DNA of 41,051 nt from Macrostomum lignano. Taxonomy: Eukaryota. The notes under the pieces are model-generated. The model searched no databases. It saw only the letters and a program-made list of their open reading frames with translations, and was not told where the DNA came from. Location: contig NIVC01004593.1 in NCBI GenBank assembly GCA_002269645.1, positions 1-41,051 on the forward strand. The letters run 5' to 3'. Made by a program: the position numbers and the translations under genes. Of the stretch, positions 34,766-41,051 are shown in pieces (the stretch's first letter is position 1; each line of letters starts with the position of its first letter).

Positions 34766-34982
34766 AAAGGGAATAAATTCAATTGGAATCTGACCTTGTT
34801 TGACAGATCATTAAAATAATTATAGAAACTCTATTTTCGAATGTTTAACACCCTTAGAATTTGAGCAGATTTAAGAAATTTTGACCACTGTATAATCAGT
34901 GCAAAATCTGCAATAGTTTAGAAAAAACGCTATCAAAATTGATCAAGAATGGCACGCTCTAGAGCGAAATAGATGGACAGAC

Positions 34983-35005
34983 ATATATATATATATATAT
35001 ATATA
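34983..35005. repeat. (AT)n microsatellite
   Basis: Pure AT run. Confidence 0.95.
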
Positions 35006-35046
35006 GGTAGATTTATAAATTTCTTTTTTACTGTGACTTTAAACAG

Positions 35047-35418
35047 GTGCGAAAAAGTGCGGACGGCCGAAGAAGAAAAACTGGAGCCGCTCCAAGAATA
35101 ATATTAAAGTTGCTGCTGTCGGTGATTTAACTGCTGGCGAAGAACAGATTCAAGAGCCAGATGTACAACCGGAAGCTGCTGCTGCCTCTTCTATTGCCGC
35201 TGCTGGGACTAAAGCTGGTGCTTCTGCTGATGCTGCTGCTAAAACTGAGTCTGTGATTAAGCTGGACGAGGCTGGTCTGGCTGCCCTGCTAGCTGAACAT
35301 GATGCTGCTCTGGCCGACGCTCTGGCTGCTTCGGAATACCCCGTGGTCGAAGGTGATGCTGAAGTGCCCAATTCTGGTGCTGCTTACAATGAGCAACTTA
35401 TAGGCTACTTGAGTGCTG
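35047..35418 (+). CDS. Predicted second coding exon of RepHel: AT-hook-like GRPKKK plus Ala/acidic-rich segment
   Basis: Acceptor ttaaacag, 372 nt stop-free, donor gtgag at 35419. The terminal G plus AT at 35604 gives GAT, in frame with the 1747-aa ORF. Confidence 0.78.
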
Positions 35419-35603
35419 GTGAGAGTTTTATTTTTTATTGAATTTCTATGCATAGTACAAGTTAATTTTCTTTCTTACATCTGACTTTGCTTGCGAATAT
35501 TGAAAATTAGATTTTAGTGTTTACGACTTGTGCAAAATACAATTAATGCTCAATTCCTTAAAATTATCATACCTCACTGTTTAAGAGTTGTATTCTTTTA
35601 CAG

Positions 35604-38600
35604 ATGAAACAGGTGCTACTGCAATGGATTTTGCCGAAGGTCATGTAACTGCTGCTGTACAAGTCCAACCTGTATGGGTTCCTTTTTCTTCGTGTCGCGT
35701 TGAGAATGTACGAGGTGACGGCAACTGTTTTTTCACGGCCATATTGAGACAATTACAAGAACTGCCAGGTTTTTCCGCCTATCAATCGCTAAGCGTAGAA
35801 GATTTTCGAGATGCGGTTGCTGCAGAATTCGAGCAATGGGTGCATCGCGATGTCAATAATCAGGAAAGAATTATGCAAACAGGACTGAATTGGGAAAAAG
35901 TGCGCGACGATACAAGGCGTCCCCGTATGTACGTGCCATGCGGAGTTCCAGAACTAATTGGTGAACTGTTGCGGCTAGAAGTGTTTATTTATCAGTCAAA
36001 CATGCTTAATCTAGCGCGGCCTGGCCATTATTCCCGACCGAATATTGGAGAACGTTTGGCTACTATTCGATTGTTGTTTAATCCTGGTAGTCAACACTAC
36101 GAAATCGTTCGTGTCAATGATTTGGAAGTTAATGAAGCAAGCTCAGTTCGGCCGACTGGCCAAGGAGATTTGAGCGCCAAGAATGTGGAAATGCCCCCTC
36201 TCAACGAGAATGTTCATGTTGTCGAAGATCCTGTTGTAATGATGCCACCTCCAGCTCCACCAATGACGCCTTTTGAAAAGGTTGCAGACTGGACCCGAGT
36301 TCAAAGTAGGCATTGGAAGGGACGTTGTAGAAATCAAGCAAAGTCCTTGGAAAATAATACGAGTTTGTTTGCGCATCCGAATTCATATGAAGTGCTTCGG
36401 GATCGGAACAACTCTGTCTGGAATTGGAATGTCGATCTTGACGCGGAGGATAGCGCAGAGTCAGTTGAAATTGAGCATGTGTCAGAGTCAGTTAAAAGTG
36501 ATCGTGTGTCAGAGTCCGTGCCATCAAATGTTCCGCGGCGCAGTCGGCGTAAAAAGGATGTTGGGAAGGCAAGTTGCGCTACGCGTCGGAGTAGTCGACT
36601 GAGCGCTAAAGCAAACACATTAGAGTCTGTGTCTGTTGCAGCCTCTAGTGTATCTGGTCAGAGCTTATTGAGAAGAAGCAGTCGCACTCGGAGAGCACCA
36701 TGTTGCAGTTGCATCGGTTGTGGCGACTCAGTTTCGGCGGTTTCAAGCGTTTCTTGCCATTTGGAAAAAGGAAGAGGTCGAGAAAAGAAGAGCGACGTTG
36801 TACCAAGTGCTCCTACTCGTCGCAGCGAGCGTTTGAAAAACCAGCAGCAAGTGGTCAACTATGCAAATTCTTTACCACGGAAACAGAGATTGACAAACGC
36901 AGAAAATCATATCTGCGAACCCGTTCGATCGTCGCCTAGGAAGACGGCACCTTTGCAGCAGGAGCAGCAAGATAAACGTCAGTCTGATAATATTCCAGCT
37001 ACTTCTACGTATTCATCACCACGAAAGACACGTGCTACTCAGGAGAAGCCTGATGAAGCGATCCGTTCGTCACCCAGAAAGCGGCCTACAATGGAGCAGC
37101 AGCCAGCTAAAGAAAATGTTCCGCAGAGCAGCACTTCAGAAGAGAGCGCTCAAGATGCTCCAATTGTTGAAGATGAAATCGGAGATCCTAATCTGCCAAA
37201 GTGCCTTCGCAATCCGTTCACAGACCAGTTCAAAAAGATGAGGCAAGACTTTTTCAATGAAAACATAACAAAAGTATCACATTTGAAACAGTGCTACGTG
37301 TGTAGGGAAAAGTTTCCTGGAAAATATTTTAGCATCGATTCTGAAGACATGTGCGATCGTTGTTTCAGAGATGACAATGAGCCGAAATCGTTTAGCCAAG
37401 AAAACAATGCGATTCCGATGTTGGAGCAGCCAGAAGATTTGCAAGATTTGAGTGTAGCAGAGCAAATGTTGATTTCGCCAGTTTTGTCGGTTATTGTTGT
37501 GGTACAAATTTTTCCCCAAAAGCAAACAAAATCGAGAGGACACGGAATCATGTTGCCTCAAGATCAGTCGCACGTTTTGCGAGAGCTGCCAAGACGATCT
37601 CTGCCAGTTGTTTTAATGTACGACGAAAGAGCCCGTGTTCAGCCTGGAGAAGCGCAAAGCGGCACAATGAACAATTTGCGAGTTCGACGCGACAAAGTGA
37701 CTAATGCGATGCGCTATTTAATGGCAAACAACAAGTACTTTAGACAGTATCAGGTTTCAATGAATAATGATGCGTTGCTACATCTGCCTGAAGATGGTTA
37801 TGCTCATCAAGTAGAAGGTATGATTGTCGAAATGCAGTCTGACAATGAAGTGAATTTCGAGGCGGCACAGCAAGAAGGCGGCTCAGCCAGAGCTGAGCGA
37901 TTGCAGCAACAAGTAGAAAAAAATGCGGACGAGACGAACGAGCTCGAGGAAACAATTAGTTCGCTGTTGGAGACTCCTTTGCGTCGATTGGAATCGGCAG
38001 TACGAGACAAATTTTTGAGTGAAAAATTGAAATGGCCAGCAAGAAGCAACGAGCCGGTAAACGAATTTCAGGATGAAGGATATTTTACATTGGCTTATCC
38101 TCATCTCTTTCCGGATGGAGCAGGAGATTATAGTACGCCACGTAATTTTGGACTAAGTTTGGGCGACTATGCAAAGCATTTGATGCAATTCCGGTGTCCA
38201 AGATTTCGTACCGATTTGCGGTTTAAATTTTACATTGAAAATATGGTGATGCGTTGGAGGGCGCTGGAAGTTGGTCGCGTGTTTGTACACGACAACAAGT
38301 ATGCTGGATTAAGTGCCAAGGAAATGATTGAAGCACTAAATGACCCGGCAGTATTGGCTAGCGTGTCAGTTCGAGCATCAGATTTGCGAGGCACAAGCGC
38401 TTATTGGCAGAGTAAAGGACGGCAATTGGAAGCCATGATTCGAACGCTTGGTGTTCCTCATTTTTTCGTGACACTATCGGCAGCAGATGTACATTGGCCA
38501 GAGTTGCAGCATGCCTGGGGAATCGATGCAGAGCAATATGAAAGCAATGTAGAACTAAGAGCAGAAATGTTGTCAAAGTTGCAAAAAGATCCCGGAATGG

Positions 38601-41051
38601 CAGACACTGTGTTTTGGTTGCGATTTGAAACATGTTTGAAACGTTTTTTGGTCGAGCACTGGAAAGTAAACGATTATTGGTTTCGCATAGAATATCAGAG
38701 TCGCGGAAGTCCACACGTTCACGGTTGCATTTGGATGCCAGATGGTGTTGATGTGACATCGAATACATTGAATGCAGAAGAATTGACGAGCTTTGTTGAC
38801 AAGTACATCTGTAGTTGGAATTTGGCCATGGACGAATCGGATTATGGAAATCAAGTTTTGAATGGCAGTTTAGCAGGTCAAGGTCATCCAGCTCAACTGA
38901 AACCGGAAGAGATTGAAAATGACAAGCAAGATTTGCAGTTAATTTCGCATTTGACAGAGAGGCACACTATTTGCAGTAAAAAGTGCTTGCGAACAGTAAA
39001 AGGCAAACAAGAGTGCCGATTCAAGTATCCGCGCGAGCCGCAGGAAAAGACTGTTGCAAAGCGAGTATCCCGTTTAAATTGGCAAGTTGAGACGCAGCGC
39101 AACGACGAGCGAATGATTTCTCACAGTCCGCAGTTGCTGTGCATGTGGAGAGCCAATGTCGATGTTCAAATGATTTCGTCCGTGAAGAATTTGATTCGCT
39201 ATTTGATCAAGTATGCGACAAAAAGCGAAAAGGAGTCGGATTATATGGCGGAGCTGACAAAGCGTCTTCATAAGGAGTTGGAAGATAATGCAGAACAGAA
39301 TGCCGATAACAATTTTCAGCGTAGCAACACTGCAAGGCGTGTTGTACAACAACACTTGATGGCGCAAGTTGGAGCGCGTGATTATTCGGCGCAAGAGGCA
39401 ATGCATTTGCTATTGCAGACGTCAATGTACAAGGGTTCGCGAGAATTTGTTTTTGTTCAGACTGGCGAAACCCGCGCAGTGGAGGAAAAGGGTGTTTGCA
39501 GGAATAGTTGCGACAAGTATTCAAAGCGTGCAAAGAATTTGGAAAATGTAACAATGTTTCGTTTCTTTTCCGACTACTGTCTCAGCCCTAATGGGAGGTG
39601 CACAAAAAGGCCGAAACAAGTAGTTTTGCTAATCAGTCCATTTTTTCGACCGAATGAGCAATCAGACGAAAGACGCGAAGGCTATTATCGGCAGCAGGTT
39701 TTGTTGTACAGTTGTTGGCGAAATGAGCGAGAAGCCAAAGGTTTGCACACAAGCTGGCAGCAAGCGTACGAAGCCATGCCTGCTGAGAATCGATGCGAGC
39801 TGCAGCTGCCCAATTTGGACGATTTGCGCAACGACGAAGCTGACGAAGAAGTCGAAGCAGTTGCGGAGCTACCCGAAATGACCAACGCAAATGCGCAATC
39901 TGCTGCTCAGCCAACTTATGAGCACGAAGAGCAAGAAGATTGGATGGTTGCAGTGGGGGCACTTCATCGCGAGAGAAATCTATTGGCCTGTCCAGAAGAT
40001 CAATTGCCAAAGCCGCCAGAAAATTTTGACTGGAGCGCAGCTAGTGGCGGCCAGTTTCCAACGGTTGGAGAAGCAAAGGCGTTTTTAAGTAGCGACCTAA
40101 AACTTGGCGCAAGAGAGGTCGCTGACATGCCGATAAACAGTGTTGAATCGCTTAATGTTCGGCAGCGAGAAATGTACAACCTAATTGAAAGTCATTTGCA
40201 GCTTTCAAGACTAGCCGAAGAAAACCAAGGCGAAAAGCCGGAGCCTCTCAAAGCAATTTTGTATGGTAGCGCTGGAACTGGAAAAAGCTACTTGATTTCT
40301 ACATTGCGTCGGTTGATTGGAGAATCAAGATGCAGAATTATGGCATCAACAGGCGTAGCCGCTTTCAATATTGCAGGCGAAACTTTGCACTCGGCTTTGA
40401 AATTGAATGTAAATTTTAGTGCTGGTGTTGGCAAGAAATCCCTAATGGAGATGCAAGAGCAGTGGAAAGATGTGCGCTACATTTTTATTGACGAATTTAG
40501 CATGCTTGGCCAAAGGTTACTCCGTAAGGTGGATGCTCGTTTGCGCGAATTGTTTCCAGAACACAGTAAACAGAGTTTTGGTGGTCGATCTGTAATCCTA
40601 ATTGGCGACGTGTTTCAATTGCCTCCAGTTTTGGACACGCAACTGTACGTTTACAATCCAAATCAAAAGAAGCACGATATATTGAAATCTGAAGGCTATA
40701 AATTGTACATGGAGTTCAAAAAGGTTGTGCATCTGACAGAACAAGTCCGACAAGCAAACGATACGGAATTCGCCAGTTGTTGGATAAACTTCGCGAAGGC
40801 AAGGCCGACGAAGCCTGCTGGAATTCGTTGATGAACAATTGTCGCGTCTATGCTCCCGACCTTTTGCCTGAAGGTTTCCAAAGCGGGTGTACATTTTATA
40901 TCACACTAACGAGGATGTTGAGAAATCGCAACTACATGCTATTGGGAAAGATGGTTTCCGAATTGAATCCTGTGCGGCAAATTAACGCAATTTGTAAAGG
41001 AGACGATAGCAAAATTGTGTGGCAAAAGAAGGAACATAAAAATCGGATACG
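35604..41051 (+). CDS. RepHel main exon: OTU protease, disordered linker, Cys-rich/DUF6570-like region, HUH Rep, PIF1 helicase; frame broken only after ~40770
   Basis: GDGNCFF..HYE (OTU); CYVC..CDRC; LSVAEQMLISPV; YPHLFPDGAGD; GSAGTGKS; FIDEFSM; FGGRSVILIGDVFQLPPV; LTEQVRQ. A shifted frame continues FRQLLDKLREG. Confidence 0.93.

Larger units (their letters stand above)
34188..41051 (+). mobile_element. Helentron/Helitron2-type rolling-circle transposon (termini not identified; runs off the window)
   Basis: Rep motifs FVTLSAAD..W, DYWFRIEYQSRGSPHVH (RGSPH is the Helentron-type HUH context) and YLIKYATK, fused to a PIF1 helicase. Confidence 0.92.

Noticed and set aside
35567-40894. Numerous minus-strand and alternate-frame ORFs within RepHel
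   Set aside because: Shadows of the long real ORF; none has a recognisable motif.

Overview
AT-rich eukaryotic DNA, most likely from an invertebrate animal. It is almost entirely a mosaic of transposon and endogenous-virus relics of different ages, and I cannot confirm any host gene. Left to right: a broken LINE (Jockey/I-like RT); a DUF4806-like remnant; a full-length D34D mariner with perfect 26-bp TIRs nested in a decayed hAT element; a Polinton polB fragment abutting a spliced RGG/zinc-knuckle remnant; a 4-exon Sola2-like transposase; two separate Polinton/adintovirus-like relics; hAT, RTE, Gypsy and Penelope-like fragments; several hairpin-bearing non-autonomous elements; and a large, nearly intact Helentron-type (Helitron2) Rep-PIF1 gene running off the right edge. 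The two best leads are these. (1) The Helentron gene has two in-frame upstream exons and an N-terminal module of AT-hook-like motif + catalytically complete OTU + HMGN/CENP-C-like RRSxRL motifs + SPRK repeats, suggesting a chromatin-targeting deubiquitinase fused to a rolling-circle transposase. (2) Both Polinton relics carry a divergent ~680-nt gene whose core resembles phage DUF3102-type helix-turn-helix proteins; one copy is followed by 70-bp palindromic repeats reminiscent of baculovirus hrs. All family assignments are by eye from motifs; no searches were run.
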